Source of the DNA: Hypanus sabinus
Taxonomy: Eukaryota
DNA: 64,000 nt
Assembly (NCBI RefSeq): GCF_030144855.1
Contig: NC_082712.1
Location: forward strand, 13,144,001 to 13,208,000
Reading direction: 5' to 3'
The position numbers and the translations under genes are program-made. Positions 35,985 through 49,589 of the stretch are shown here, piece by piece; the stretch's first letter is position 1; each line of letters opens with the position of its first letter. A model generated the notes under the pieces. The model saw nothing but the letters and a program-made list of their open reading frames with translations, had not been told where the DNA came from and did not search any database.

Positions 35985-38900
35985 GTCATCGATTTGGGCT
36001 GGAAAGGACGGGGGCAGTCCACAATATCCTGAAATGGGAGGGTGAGCAGCCAGAGGTCGTGGTACATATTGGTACCAACGATAAAGGCAGAAAAAGGGTG
36101 GAGGTCCTAAAGACAGAATACAGGGAGATCGGAAGGGAGCTGGGAAGCAGGAGCTCGAAGATAGTAATCTCGGGATTGCTGCCTGTGCCACACGACAGTG
36201 AGTATAGGAATAGAATGAGATGGAGGATCAATGTGTGGCTGAAGGATCTTTGGATCATTGGGACCTGTTCTGGGGTAGTTATGACCTGTACAAAGAGGAC
36301 GGGTTGCACTTGAATCTGAGGGGGACCAATATCCTTGCGGGGAAGTTTGCTAAGGCTTTTGGGGAGGGTTTAAACGAGATTTGCAGTGGTGTGGGAACCG
36401 AAGTGAAGAGTCAGAAGATGGGGAGGTTGGAGCACAAGTAGAGACAGTAGTGAGTTTGTGAGGGGGGATGGGCAGATGTTAGAGCGAAGATGCACTCAGC
36501 CTTTTGGTTTGAGATGTGTCTATTTTCATGCAAGGAGTATCATAAACAAGACCGATTAACTTAGAGCGTGGATCAATACAATGACGTTGTGGTCATTACA
36601 GAGACTTGGATGCCTCAGGAATAGGAATGGCTGCTGATTATGCCCGGCTTCAGAGGTTTCAAAAAGAACAGAGAGGGAGGCAAAAGAGCTGGGGGCATGA
36701 CATTGCTAATTAGGGATAGTGTCATGGCTGCAGAAAAGGAGGAAGTCATGGAGGGATGGTCTACTGAGTTAGTGTGGGTGGAGGTCACAAACAGAAAGTG
36801 GTAATAACTCTACTGGGTGTTTTTATAGACCCTGCAATAGTAACATGGATACCGAGGAGTAGATAGGGAGACCGATTATTCTAATAATAGGGTTGTTGTG
36901 ATTAGTGATTTTAACTGTCTTACTATTGACTGGAATCTCCCTAGAGAGAGGGGTTTAATGGGGTGGAGTTTGTTAGGTGTGTTCAGGAAGGCTTTCTGAC
37001 ACAATATGTAGATAAGCCAACAAGAGGAGAGGCTGTACTCGATCTGGTATTGGGAAATGAACCTGGTCATGTGTCAGAGCACTCGGTGGGAGAACATTTT
37101 GGAGGTAATGAGCACAACTCTGTCTTCTTCACCATAGCTCTGGAGAGGGATAGGAGCGGACAATTTGGGAAAACACGTAATTGGGGTCGGGGGAAATATG
37201 ATGCTGTTAGGCAGTGTGATGAACCCCTAGGTCTATCTTGCTGTGGACTGTCATTTTAAGAGAGAATGTCTGAGTGACGTCAGCCACCAGCTTTCTCAGC
37301 TCCTGTTTGATTCTCCCTAAGAGAGAGAGAGGGGCAGAACTGTTCACCTCTGCAGCTTGTTTTGATTTAAGCAAGGACACTCACTCACACACAGTCGCAG
37401 TTGGAGTCGGACAAGGGAAGGAAGCCAGTGACTAAGGGGTCATGGTTGGAACTTCCGAGTGCCCACAAGGGTGGGTTGTGCATTGACCCAGCACGTTGAT
37501 AAGTGGCTATCACGTTGTGTGAATGGCGGCAATCTTGTGGAATCTACCTATGTGTTAACCCTTGCCTGGGTGGTAGTTCCCTTTGTAGTTCCCTTATCCT
37601 TGTGATAAGCTACTATTGGTGATAATCTGTAAAAGGATTTGGAATAACAATGGATAAATCCTATGGCAATTGTTATCTTGTTTTACCACCATGGAACTTG
37701 TGGAATACGACATAAATGCCCTCTCTCGACATTCACCTTGGATTACAAATCTCTCTCTCACATCATTTAATCTGAGGATGAACTGAACTTTCATACCTCA
37801 CCATCTCACGATTTTAAGCCTGGAGCCCCCCCGCCCCCCGAGCTCAGTAGTTTGGGAGTTATATTTACACATATGGATACTCATAACACTGTTAACTTTT
37901 GATTATTCTTGTTTACGCTGCTATGTTAAGTAGATACTAATAAAGATAGTGGTTTCAACATCAAAACCAGACTACAGGCGTGGTCTATTGCTGCTGGTTC
38001 ATTTAAACCATTATGGGTACGTAACAAACAGGAACTTAGGAGAATAAATTGGGAGATGTTCTCAATGAAATGCACGGCCAAAGTGGAATATTCAGGGAAG
38101 ATTTGCATGGAGTTCTGCATAGGTATGTTCCATAAAGGCAGGGAAAGGTTGGTAGAGTTAAAGAACCATGGTGTACAAAGGATGTGGAAAATCTAGTTAA
38201 GCAGAAAAGAAAAGCATACGAAAGGTTCAAGAAACTAGGTACTGTTAGAGCTCTAGAAAATTCCAAGGTTGCTAAGAAGGAGCTTAAGAATGGAATTAGG
38301 AGAGCCAGAAGGGGCCATGAGAAGGTCTTGGTGAGCAGGATTAAGGAAAACCCTAAACATTCTACAAGTATGTGAAGAGCACGAGGGTGACCCGTGTGAG
38401 AATAGGACCCATTAGGTGCGATGGTGGAAACGTGTGCATGGAGAGAGAATGTGCCAGACCTTTCGAAAAGCATAAAGTTAGATAGTTCACTGGGACTGGA
38501 TGAGATATAGCCCAGGCTACTGTGGGAAGTGAGGGAGGAGATTGCTGAGCCTCTTGCAATGACCGTTGCATCATCGATAGGAATGGGAGAAGTACCAGAG
38601 TATTGGAAGTTTACAAATGTTGTTCCCTTGATCAAGAAAGGGAGTAGAGACAACCTAGGAAAGTATGGACCAGGGAGTCTGACTTCAGTGGTGGGCAATT
38701 TCCTGGACAATATCCTGAAAGGCAGGATTTATGAGTATTTGGAGAGACATCATCTGATTAGGGATAATCAGCATGGCTTTGTCAAGGGCAGGTCGTGCCT
38801 TACGAGCCTGATTGAAGTCCCTGAGGATGTAACAAAACACATGGATGAAGGTAAATCAGCTGATGTAGTGAATATGGATTTCATTTGGGCATTCCATAAG

Positions 38901-40045
38901 GTTTCCCATGCAAGGCTCCTTCGGAAAGTAAGGAGGCATGGGATCCAAGGAGACCTTGATTTGTGGATCCAGAATTGGCTTGACCACAGAAGACAAAGGG
39001 TGACGTAGATGGTCCATGTTCTGCATGGAGGTCGGTGGACTGTGGAGTTTCGCCAGGATCTGTACTGGTTTCCGTCCTCCTTGTAATTTTTAAGTGACCT
39101 GGATGAAGAAGTAGAAGGATGGGTTAGAAAGTTTGCTGATGACACAAAGATTGGAGGTGTTTTGGATAGTGTGGAGGGCTGTCAGAGGCTACAGTGGGAA
39201 ATTGATAGGATGCAGAACTGGGCTGAGAAGTGGCATATGGACTTCAACCTGGATAAGTGTGAAGTGGTTCATTTTGGTAGGTCAAATATGATGGCAGAAT
39301 ATAGTATTAATGGTAAGTCTTGGCAGTGTGGAGGATCAAAGAGATCATTGGGTCTGTGTTCATAGGACACTCAAAGCTGCTGCACAGGTTGACAGTGTTG
39401 TTAAGAAGGTATATGGTGTGTTGGCATTTATCAGTTGTCGGATTGAGTTCAAGAGCCATGAGGTAATGTTACAGCGATATAAGACCCTGGTCAGACCCTA
39501 CTTGGAGTACTGTGCTTAGTTCTGGTCACTTCACTACAGGAAGAATGTGGATACTATAGAGAGTGTGAAGAGGAGATTTACGAGGATGTTGCCTGGATTG
39601 GGGAGCATACCTTATGAGAATAGGTTGAGTGATCTTGGCCTTTTCTCCTTGGAGTGACGGAGGATGAGAGGTGACCTGATAGGGGTGTATAAGATGACGA
39701 GGGGCATTGATCATGTTGATACCCAGAGGCTTTTTCCCAGGGCTGAAATGGCTAAAATGAGGGGGAATAGTTTGAAGGTGCTTGGAAATAGGTACCGAGT
39801 TGATGTCAGGAGTAAGTTTTTCATACAGAGAGTGGTGAGTGCGTGGAATGCACTGTCAGTGGCGGTGATGAAAGTGTACAATAGGGTCTTTTAAGAGCCC
39901 CTTAGGTAGGTACGTGGAGCTTAGAAAAATAGAGAACTATGCGCTAGGGAGATTCTAGGCCGTTTTTAGAGCAGGTTTCCATGGTTGGTACAACATTATG
40001 CTATGAAGCACCTGCAATGTTCTGTAAATTTCTATGTTCTGTGTT
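35985..40045 (+). mobile_element. Near full-length degenerate CR1 LINE, split by a solo LTR
   Basis: ORF1 VVVHIGTND, IVISGLLPVPH; EN 36490-37210; RT QHGFVKGRSCLT, KFADDTKIGG; tail ttctatgttctgtgttcta. Confidence 0.9.
37215..38026 (+). mobile_element. Solo LTR (~810 bp) in CR1 ORF2
   Basis: TGTGATG...GTAACA with AATAAA at ~37938. The CR1 reading gttaggcag/ggaactt resumes across it; TSD degraded. Confidence 0.6.
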
Positions 40046-40624
40046 CTAAGACAATATACAAAGGTGGGGGGGAGGGGATGGAGTACAAGATGGTGGTGAG
40101 AGAAGAGACCAGGTGAGAGAGAGGGTGTCTGGGTAGGGCAGTGGAATGAAGTAAGAAGCTAGGAGGTGATAGGTGGAAAAGGTAAAGTGCTGAAGAAGAA
40201 GGGATCTGATAGGATAGGAGAGTAGACCATGGAAGGAAAGGATGGAGAAGGGGAATCAGAGGGAGGTGATAGGCAGGTAAGGAGAAAAGGAGGGCATATC
40301 AGAGAGAAGGGAGAAGGGAGGAGAAATTACCACAACTTGGAGAAATCGATGCTGATGCTGTCAGGATGGAGCCCCCCCCCCCCCCCCCCCGATGGAATCT
40401 GAGATGTTCTTCCACCAAATGACTATAGGAAAGATGCTCTCCAAATCCATTCTACCTAGGCCTATCAATATTCGAACCGACTACAGGAACAATCCTCTCC
40501 ACATCCACTCTATCTAGGCCTATAAATATTCAGGTTACCTATCAGGTTGCAAAGAGATCCCCCCTCAATGACTATAACCTCTTGATTCTTATTCTCGGTG
40601 TCCTTTCCCCTCCTCCACCCAGGC

Positions 40625-41200
40625 TAAAGTCATGAAGTTTTGTTACAGCCTTATAAAACTCTAGCTAGGCCACATCTGGAGTATTGTGTACAGTTCTGGT
40701 CACCCCACTGTAGGAGGCATGTTGAGGCTTTGGAGAGGGTACAGACGAGGTTCACCAGGATGATGCCTGGATTAGAGGGCATGTGCTATATGTTTTCTCT
40801 GGAGCGACGGAGTCTGAGGGGAGATTTGATAGAGTTTGTAAGATTATGAGAGGCACAGAGAGAGCAGACAGAGAGTATCTTCCTCCCAGGGTTGAAATGT
40901 CTAACACCAAAGGCCTGCGTTGAAGGTGAAAGGGGTTTAGAGGGGATGTGAGGGGTAAATGTTTTACACAGACAGTGCCGGGTGACTGGAATGCTCTGCC
41001 TGGGGAGGTGTTACAGGCAGATACATTAGTGGCTTTTAAGAGACATTTTGATCAGCACATGAACAGACATTGGACATTGAATTGGACATTGTGTAGGCAG
41101 AGGGGTTAGTTTAGTAGGTCACTAATTTAATTGGTTTAGCACAACATTGTGGGCCGAAGGGCCTGTGCCTGTGCTGTACTGCTCTGTGTTGTATGTTCTC
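40625..41200 (+). mobile_element. CR1 3' end
   Basis: RPHLEYCVQFWSP...; 3' UTR ending tgtatgttct. Confidence 0.8.
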
Positions 41201-41779
41201 ATGTTAAATACAGTAAATCTATGATCATCTGCTACTGAGAAATCCCGGTTGTTGCCTTCCTGGCTCACCAGGTGCCTGAGGTTCACGGAGCCATTCTGTT
41301 TCCCATTATCAGGTAATAAAAATGAACTTCTGACATCACGATCTACCACAACGTGAGTAACACACAAAATGCTGGAGGATCTTAGCAGCTCAGGCAGCTT
41401 CTATGGAGGGGAATAAACAGTCAATATTTTGGCGTGGGACCCTTCACCAGGACTGGAAAGGAAGGTGAAAGATGCCAGAATCTGGTGGTGGGGGGCGAGG
41501 GACTGGTTGGGTTGTTCTTACACAGGGCCAGTATGAACTCAATGGGCTGAATGTCCTCCTGAATGCTGCAACTGTTCCATCACTCCGAGCTAATTCCAAG
41601 AGCTCTCCTCTCCGTAACCGGTGCCCCCGATTCTCCAATCACTTTCCCATCTGAAAATGAAGTGGCAGGATTGTAAAAGCCATCGGCCCCAGGGAACAGA
41701 CGACAATGACAAACCCCCGAAACCCTGACTCGACCCCAGCCTGTAACGCTCTATATTTCAATAAGAGTCTGAGGTGAAC

Positions 41780-42420
41780 TGGTTTGTCACCAGAGACACT
41801 GGCAAATTTCTACAGAGATACCTGGGGAGCGTTCTAACTGGCTGCATCACCGTCTGGTCTGGTGGGGCCACTGCTCAGGATCAGAAAGTTACAAACTCAG
41901 TCAGCTCCATCGTGAGCACTGGTGTCCCCAGCACCCAGGACACCTTCAAAATGCAACGACTCAAAAAGGCGGCATCCATCATTACGGACCCAGCACCCAG
42001 GACATGCCCTCTTCTCATTGCCACCATCAGGGAGGAGGAACAGGAGCCTGAAGACACACACTCACCGATTCAGGATCAGTTTCTTCCCCTCCACCAGTTA
42101 GAACACTCACCAGGTATATCTGTAGAAATTTGCCAGAGTACAGGAGCCTGAAGACACACACTCACCGATTCAGGAACAGCTTCTTCCCCTCCGCCATCAG
42201 ATTTCTGAATGGTCAATGAATCCATGAGCTCTTCCTCAGAATTTTTCCACTCTTTTTGCCCAACTTATTTATTTCCTTTCCTTAGTTTATATGCACTGAC
42301 TGTAATTTATAGGTTTTATTATTATACATTGCCTTGAACTGCTGCCGCAAAACAACAAATTTCATGACATACGCCAGTGATGCAATCTCGTTGTCTATTC
42401 TATTGTTTCTATATTAAATC
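41780..42420 (+). mobile_element. Rex1-type 3' end with an internal inversion and duplication
   Basis: GSVLTGCITVWSG, KKAASIITDP; 42093-42140 is an inverted copy of 41795-41843. Confidence 0.75.
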
Positions 42421-42589
42421 TGATTCTGATTCTGACGTAACCCCCACTCCGGTCTCTACAGCACCAACCGCAGCGTGTAGCCCACTCCTGAGTATCCATT
42501 ATTGCACATATAAACCCCCCAGCCTGGACCCTCCTATGGATCACAGCCTGTTCCCAGTCCTGACTATCCATTACTGACCATGTAGTTGT

Positions 42590-42960
42590 CAGGCCCTGCT
42601 GGTGTATCTGGAAGATCGCTGAAAGCCTGTGTCAATCAACTGTTGGGAAAGATGAAGGATGTCTTCAATCCTTCACTGCTGCAGTCAGAGGCCCCACCTG
42701 CTTCAAAAGGGTAACATCAGACCGGTCGGTGCCCAGGCAGAGCAGGGTGAGCTGCCTTAACGACCATCACCCAGTGGCATTCACATCTACTGCCATGAAA
42801 TGCCTTGAGAGGTTGGTCTTGGCTGGAATCCACTCCTGCCTCAGGAAGAGCCTGGGCCCATGGCAATTTGCCCGTTAGCACAACAGGTCCACAGTGGATG
42901 CAATCTCACTGGCTTCTCACGTGGCCTTGGCTCACCCGGACAACAGCAAAACCTTTGCAC
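42590..42960 (+). mobile_element. Rex1-type RT N-terminal fragment
   Basis: PTCFK...VSCLND..PVAFTS..MKCLERLV-like sequence. Confidence 0.65.
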
Positions 42961-43560
42961 TGCTTATCAAATTGAACTTTTATATATATTTATTGTAAAG
43001 TTGGAGGTGAAGTTAATGAAGTCGACGAGCTCAGCATGTGTGCAGGAAGCAGCGCCGATGCAGTCGTCGATATAACGTAAGAAAAGAGGAGTACAGATAC
43101 CGGTGTAGGCTTGGAACATAGATTGCTCCACATGGCCGACAAAAAGGCAGGCATAGCTAGGACCCATGCGGGTGCCCATGGCTACACCTTTAGTTTGGAG
43201 GAAGTGGGAGGAGCCAAGGAGAAATTGTTAAGCGTGACGACTAATTCCGCAAGGCGGAGAAGAGTGGTGGTAGAGGGTGACTGACTGGGTCTGGAATCCA
43301 GGAAGAAACGGAGAGCTCGGAGACCTTCCTGGTGGGGGATAGAGGTATATAGGGACTGGACGTCCATGGTGAAAATGAGGTGGTGGGGGCCAGGAAACTT
43401 GAAATCTTTGAAGAGATGTAAAGCATGGGAAGAATCACGGACATAGGTGGGAAGGGTTTGAACAAGGGGAGATAAAACAGAGTCAAGATAGGCAGAAATG
43501 AGTTCAGTGGGGCAGGAGCAAGCAGAGACAATGGGTCTGCCTGGACAGGCAGGTTTGTGA
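42960..43560 (-). mobile_element. Penelope-like element RT fragment
   Basis: IHKPACPGRPIVS, TMDVQSLYTSIP, MGTRMGPSYA, FLRYIDDC. Confidence 0.9.
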
Positions 43561-44149
43561 ATCTCCATGTCTGTTTCCCAGATTTTTCACCCACTTTCCC
43601 CACCTTCCCCACGCTTGACCCGGTTCCACCTGCCAGACGCATCTCCCCCAGTGGGTCCCATTCTCATCTCAGAGTATCAGGCTGGAGAGTGAGTCCTTGG
43701 TGGTCCTCCCTCAAACAACTGATTACAATCACCTCTCTCCATCTGAATCTCCTTTCCTTCCCTCTTCTCCATCTGTCACCACTTACCACATCTCCCATCT
43801 CCCTTCCCCCTCCCTACCCAGCACAACCTGCCCTTAACCTCACACCCCACCTCAATCACCTCAGACCCGTCTCACCCCACCTCAATCCTCAATCACCTGA
43901 TACTCCTGTCCCACCCTCCTCAATCTATCAATCACCTCAGTATCCTGTCCCACCCCTCCTCTATCACCTCTGACTCCTCTCTCACCCCTCCTCTGTCAAT
44001 CAATCACCTCAGATTCCAGTTTCACTTCCCCTTTCCCTCTGGCCATTCGACATTCCTCTAACAGTCCCGATGCAAACCAAGACTTCAACGTCTTTTCACA
44101 CCCACAGATGCAGCTCGACCAGCTGAATTCCTTCAGCAGATTGTTGTTC

Positions 44150-44350
44150 AAATATCGTTCTCTATCTCTCTCTCTCTCACTCAATTTCTCACTCACTCTC
44201 TCTATCACTGCCTCTCTCTCTCCCTCCTCTCTCTTTCACTGTTTCTCTCTATCTCACTCTCTCTCATTCACTCTCTCACACTCATTCACTATCTCTCTCT
44301 GACTCTCTCATTCACTCACTCACATACACTCTCACTATCTCTCTGTCCCC
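44150..44350 (+). repeat. (CT)n-rich polypyrimidine tract ending at the V1 acceptor
   Basis: About 200 bp of ctct/cact repeats ending ctctgtccccag. Confidence 0.9.
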
Positions 44351-44352
44351 AG

Positions 44353-44736
44353 ACTATTCGATGAATGGTTGGACAATGTCCGGCGCTGATGTGGTCTCTG
44401 CGGTGGAAGGAGCCTCCGCCGTGTTACCGTGTACTTTCACCCTCCCACCTCCTGATGTCGCCCTGAACGGCTCCGTGATCTGGAACAAGACCGAACCAGG
44501 TGCTACAAAACCGGTGTTTAAGTGCACATATCCCGGTTCCGGCCCCTCCGGGTGCGATACAACGACACAGGAGGCTGGAGGAGGGCGGTTCGGATTCGTG
44601 GGGAACCTCAGTCGGAGAGATGCCTCGATAATGGTGGATCGACTGAACCGGAGTGACGGTGGTCGGTATCGGTGCCGGGTGGAGCTCAATGTTAACAGCT
44701 TTCAAACGGTGGTTCTAACAGATCTGTCTGTGAGAG
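44353..44736 (+). CDS. SIGLEC15: Siglec-15-like gene, exon 2 (V-set Ig domain with essential Arg)
   Basis: Phase 1-1 exon (cccag| ... G|gtgagg). WTMSGADVVSAVEGASAVLPCTFT...PVFKC-x9-C...GRFGFVGNLSRRDASIMVDRLNRSDGGRYRCRVEL parallels the Siglec-15 V domain (4 Cys, CRVE). Several N-glycosylation sequons. Confidence 0.9.
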
Positions 44737-45024
44737 GTGAGGACCGATGTTTAAGCATTGAGTTGTAAATCTACACTAATCATTTCACATTTCATCTCAC
44801 TGAAAACTCATTTTATTCATAATGTACAAGTATATTTTGCAGGATGATCATGTCAAATAGATGTGATTGTCATGTGCACTAGCACATAGAACAACAGCAC
44901 CGTACAGGCCCTTCAGCCCACAATGTTGTGCTGACCCTTAAACCTGCTCCAAAATCAATCTCACCCCCTTGCCTCCCACATACCCTCCATTTTTACATCA
45001 TCCGTGTCTCTAAGAGTCTCTCCC

Positions 45025-45170
45025 CACCCCCCTTTTCCCGCTCCCTCCCCTCCCCCTCCCTCTCTCCCTCCCCTCCCCTCTCCCCTCCCTCTCTCTCCCT
45101 CCCTCTCCCTCCCCCTCTCCCTCTCCCTCTCCCTCCCTCTCCCCTCTCTCTCCCCTCCCCCTCCTCCCGG
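45025..45170. repeat. (CCCT/CCCTCT)n homopurine-homopyrimidine tract
   Basis: Directly visible. Confidence 0.9.
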
Positions 45171-45528
45171 TCCGTGACGCTGCTGCCATTTCAGTCAGCA
45201 ATGAAGGGCCTCCATCTCTGGCAGCATTCAGGGCTTCCTTCATCGTGTCAGTAGCTTCCTCTCGGTTTTCACTGCTGTCAGTCATACAATTCCCGAGTGG
45301 GACTCAGGAATACCGTCACACTCAGATGTCGAAGGATTCTCCATTGCTGTTTCCATAACAACATTGTTTTACCCGTCAGGGTTGTTACCCTGAGCTGAAC
45401 CCCCGAACCTGGAGGATCAGTGATCCTCTCTTACAGAGAATATAGAAACAGAAATCTACAGCACATTACAGGCCATTCGGCCCACAATGCTGTACTGACC
45501 ATGTAACCTACTCTAGAGAGATTACCTC

Positions 45529-48500
45529 TTTCTTTTTCAATCTTTTTATTAGTTTTTATAAAACAAAACAAAACATAATATTATATTAAATAGGTTATGA
45601 ATACAAAAGATTTGAAATTAAATTAGTAACAAGATAACAATATCTTATTAAACTATCAGCGAAAAAAGATCGTACAATAATCAATCTAATCTACATTGAT
45701 TATACATGAAAAAGATTAAAAATAATCATCAAAAGAAAAAAAAAGTATAAAATACAAGAAAAAATGTATATTTATGAAAATAATGAAAAAAAAACCTAAA
45801 CTAACATGGGCAGTAATAATAGTTTATATGTATATGATAGTGTCAAAAAACTCCGGAACTCCATACCAGAACAAGAATAATAAGAATAAAGGTCCAGAAG
45901 AAGCCAAATTAATTCATATGAAAGTGTCGAATGAATGGTCCCCAAGTTTCTTCAAATTTAATTGATGAATCAAAAATAGTACTTTTAATTTTCTCTAAAC
46001 TTAAACAAGAAATAGTTTGAGAGAACCACTGAAATGTGGTAGGAGGATTTACTTCTTTCCAATTTTGTAATATAGATCTCCTGGCCATTAATGTTACAAA
46101 GGCAATCATTCGTCTAATTGAAGGGGAGAATCGACTATCATCTTCATTTGGTATACCAAAAATTGCAGTGATAAAATGAGGTTGTAAATCAATATTCCAA
46201 ATTGAGGAAATGGTAGCAAATATGTCCTTCCAATAATTATGTAAAGTAGGACATGACCAAAACATGTGGGTCAATGAAGCCACATCTAAATGACATCTGT
46301 CACATTGAGGGTTAACATGAGAATAAAACCGAGCAAGCTTATCTTTAGACATATGAGCTCTATGTACAACCTTAAATTGTATTAAAGCATGTTTAGCACA
46401 TATAGAAGAAGAATTAACCATTTGTAAAATTTTTTCCCATTTTTCTGTTGAAATATTGTATTGAAGTTCTTTTTCCCATTCCTGTTTAATTCTACCCGAT
46501 ACCTCTGGTTGTATTTTCATAACCATATTATAAATAAGAGGCACTAATCTCTTCTGACAGGGATTTAAAGTAAAAATCATATCTGAAAAATCTATCAAAG
46601 TTGAATTAGGAAAGGATGGTAAAACTTTATGCAAAAAGTTTCTAATTTGTAAATATCTAAAAAAATTAGATTTAGGTAATTTAAATTTGTTAGAAAGTTG
46701 ATCAAAAGACATCAAACTACCTTCAGAAAAAAGATCACGAAAACATATTATACCTTTCCTTTTCCATATGCTAAAAGCTTGATCCATTAAAGAAGGTTTA
46801 AAGAAAAAATTAAGATAGGGCTATCAAGAACGAAGTTTTTTAGAGTAAAAAATTTACGAAATTGAAACCAAATTCGTATGTATGTTTGACAATAGGGTTA
46901 GATATCTGTTTATTAAGTTTAACTAAATCAACAGGGAGAGAAGAACCAAGAACAGAAAATAGAGAATATCCTTGTGTATCATTACATTCTAAATTTACCC
47001 TCTGTGGGCACAATGGTAAATCTAAATCTAATTTCCAGTATAATAAATTCCGAATATTATTCGCCCAATAGTAAAATCTAAAATTGGGTAAAGCTAAACC
47101 ACCATCTTTTTTAGATTTCTGTAACTGTCTTTTACTTAATCTGGGGTTTTTATTTTGCCACACAAATGAGGAAATTTTTGAATCAATGCTATCAAAAAAA
47201 GACTTAGGAATAAAAATTGGTAAGGCTTGAAATAAATATAAAAATTTTGGTAAAATCATCATTTTAACAGCATTGATCCGACCAAACAATGATAAGGATA
47301 AAGGAGACCATCTAGTAGTAAGTTGTTGAATTTGATGAAGCATAGGTAAAAAATTCAATCTGAATAAATCTTTATATTTCTTGGTAATTTTTATACCTAA
47401 ATAAATAAAATTATCAGTAACAATTTTAAATGGTATCCTGTCATTCAGTAAAGTTTGTGCATTTAAAGGGAAGAGTTCACTCTTATCCAAATTTAATTTG
47501 TAACCAGAAAAACTACCAAATTGAACCAACAAGGATAGAATCGCTGGAATAGAATTATCAGGATCAGAAATATGTAACAACAAGTCATCAGCATAGAGCG
47601 ATAACTTGTATAATTTCTCATTACGGGTAATACCAAAAATATTAGGGGATTCACGAATAGCAACAGCTAAAGGTTCTAATGCAATATTAAATAATAAAGG
47701 ACTTAAGGGAGAACCTTGTCTCGTACTACGAGATAATTGAAAAAAAGAGGATCTATAATTATTCGTAAGGACAGAAGCAACAGGTTTATAATATATTAAT
47801 TTAATCCATGATATAAAATTAGAACTAAAGTTAAAATGTTTCAAGGCATTAAATAAGTATGTCCATTCAACTCTATCAAAAGCTTTTTCAGCATCTAATG
47901 AAATAACACATTCTGGGGTTGTGGGTGAGGAAGTGTAAATTATATTGATCAATTTTCTAACATTAAAAAAGGAGTATCGGTTCCTAATGAAACCAGTTTG
48001 ATCTCCTGAAATAATCTGTGATAGTACCTTTTCTAACCTAATAGCTAAAATTTTTGTAAGAATCTTAGAGTCTACATTTAGTAACGATATAGGGCGATAA
48101 GATGCACATAAAGTAGGATCTTTATCTTTTTTAAGAATTAAAGAAATAGTAGCTTCATAAAAAGACTGGGGTAGTCTCTTCTTAATAAATGCATCATTAA
48201 AGATTTCACATAACCAAGGGGAAAGCAAAGAAGAAAAAGTTTTAAAAAATTCTATAATATAACCATCGGGGCCAGGAGCTTTCCCTGAATTCATCGATGA
48301 AATAGCTTCTCCTACCTCCGCCATAGAAATAGGAGCATCAAATAAACTTCGATCTTCATCTGTCAGTTTGGGAATATTCAAATTGTTAAAAAAATTATCC
48401 ATCATAGACATATCACCATCAAATTCTGATTGATATAAAGATTTATAAAAATCTTGGAAAGTATTATTAATTTCTTTATGATCAGTAGTCAGATTACCGT

Positions 48501-48870
48501 CTTGTTTACAAATTTTAATAATTTGTCGCTTAGTCGAAATAGCTTTTAATTGATTAGCTAACAATTTACCAGTACGATCACTATGAATATAAAATTGAGC
48601 CCTGGTCTTAATTAATTGATTCTCAATTGAAGAAGATAACAGTAAGCTATGTTCCATTTGCAGCTAAACTCTCTTCTTATAAAGTTCCTTGGTAGGAGTA
48701 ACGGAATAAATCTTATCAATTTCTTTAATTTTATCCACCAATAAAGCTATATCTAAATATCTTTGTTTTCTTTTCCCAGCAGAATGTGAGATAATTTGTC
48801 CATGAATAAAAGCCTTAAAAGAGTCCCAAAGTATTCCTCTGTCAATCTCTTCGGTATAGTTTGTTGAAAA
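45529..48870 (-). mobile_element. L1-clade LINE, 5'-truncated, relatively young
   Basis: ORF2 fragments of 605 aa and 292 aa: LWDSFKAFIHG, ISLDAEKAFDRVEW, LYADD, CDRC-x7-H-x4-C. A-rich 3' end; 14-bp TSD agagagattacctc (45515-45528 and 48871-48884). Confidence 0.93.
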
Positions 48871-49589
48871 AGAGAGATTACCTCAGGGCTCTTGAACTCA
48901 ATCCCACAGCTGATGAATGCCAGTACACCAGACACCTTCTTAACACCACTGTCAACCTGTGCAGCAGCTTTGAGTGTCCTATGGACAGAGTCCCCAAGAC
49001 CCAGCTCATCCTCCACACTGCCACCAGTCTTACCATTCATATATTCTGTATTCAAATTTGACCTACCAGAATGAATCACTTCACACTTATCTGGGTTGAA
49101 CTCCATCTGTTCTACACACCCTCCACTCTGTGTGTAATGAACCTGCCTCTGACCTCTGACATCCCCCCAATACTTTCCAGGAAAAGTCTCTGGCTGTCTG
49201 CTCGATTATGCCTCTTATCATCTTGTTCACCTCTATCAAGTCACCTCTCATCTTTCTTCACTCCCAAGAGAAAGTCTCCAGCTCGCTCAACCTTTCCTCA
49301 TTAAACATCCTCTCTGGTCCAGGCAGCATCCTGGTAGATCTCCTCTACATCCTCTCGAAAGCTTCCTCATTCTTCCTGTAATGAGGGGAGTGGAACTGAA
49401 CTTACTTGCTGCTGCAGGGACGATTTTCATTGCACGTCTGCCTACGTGTCTGCACAGGTGCAGTGAAAATCCAGTTGCCGCAGCAACACAGGCAAAGAGC
49501 GTTGCATCAGTTAAGCAGCAATCAAGTTCAAGTTTATTGCCATCTGACTGTACACAGATACAGAACGTCAAGGTGTCTTGTACATCAGT

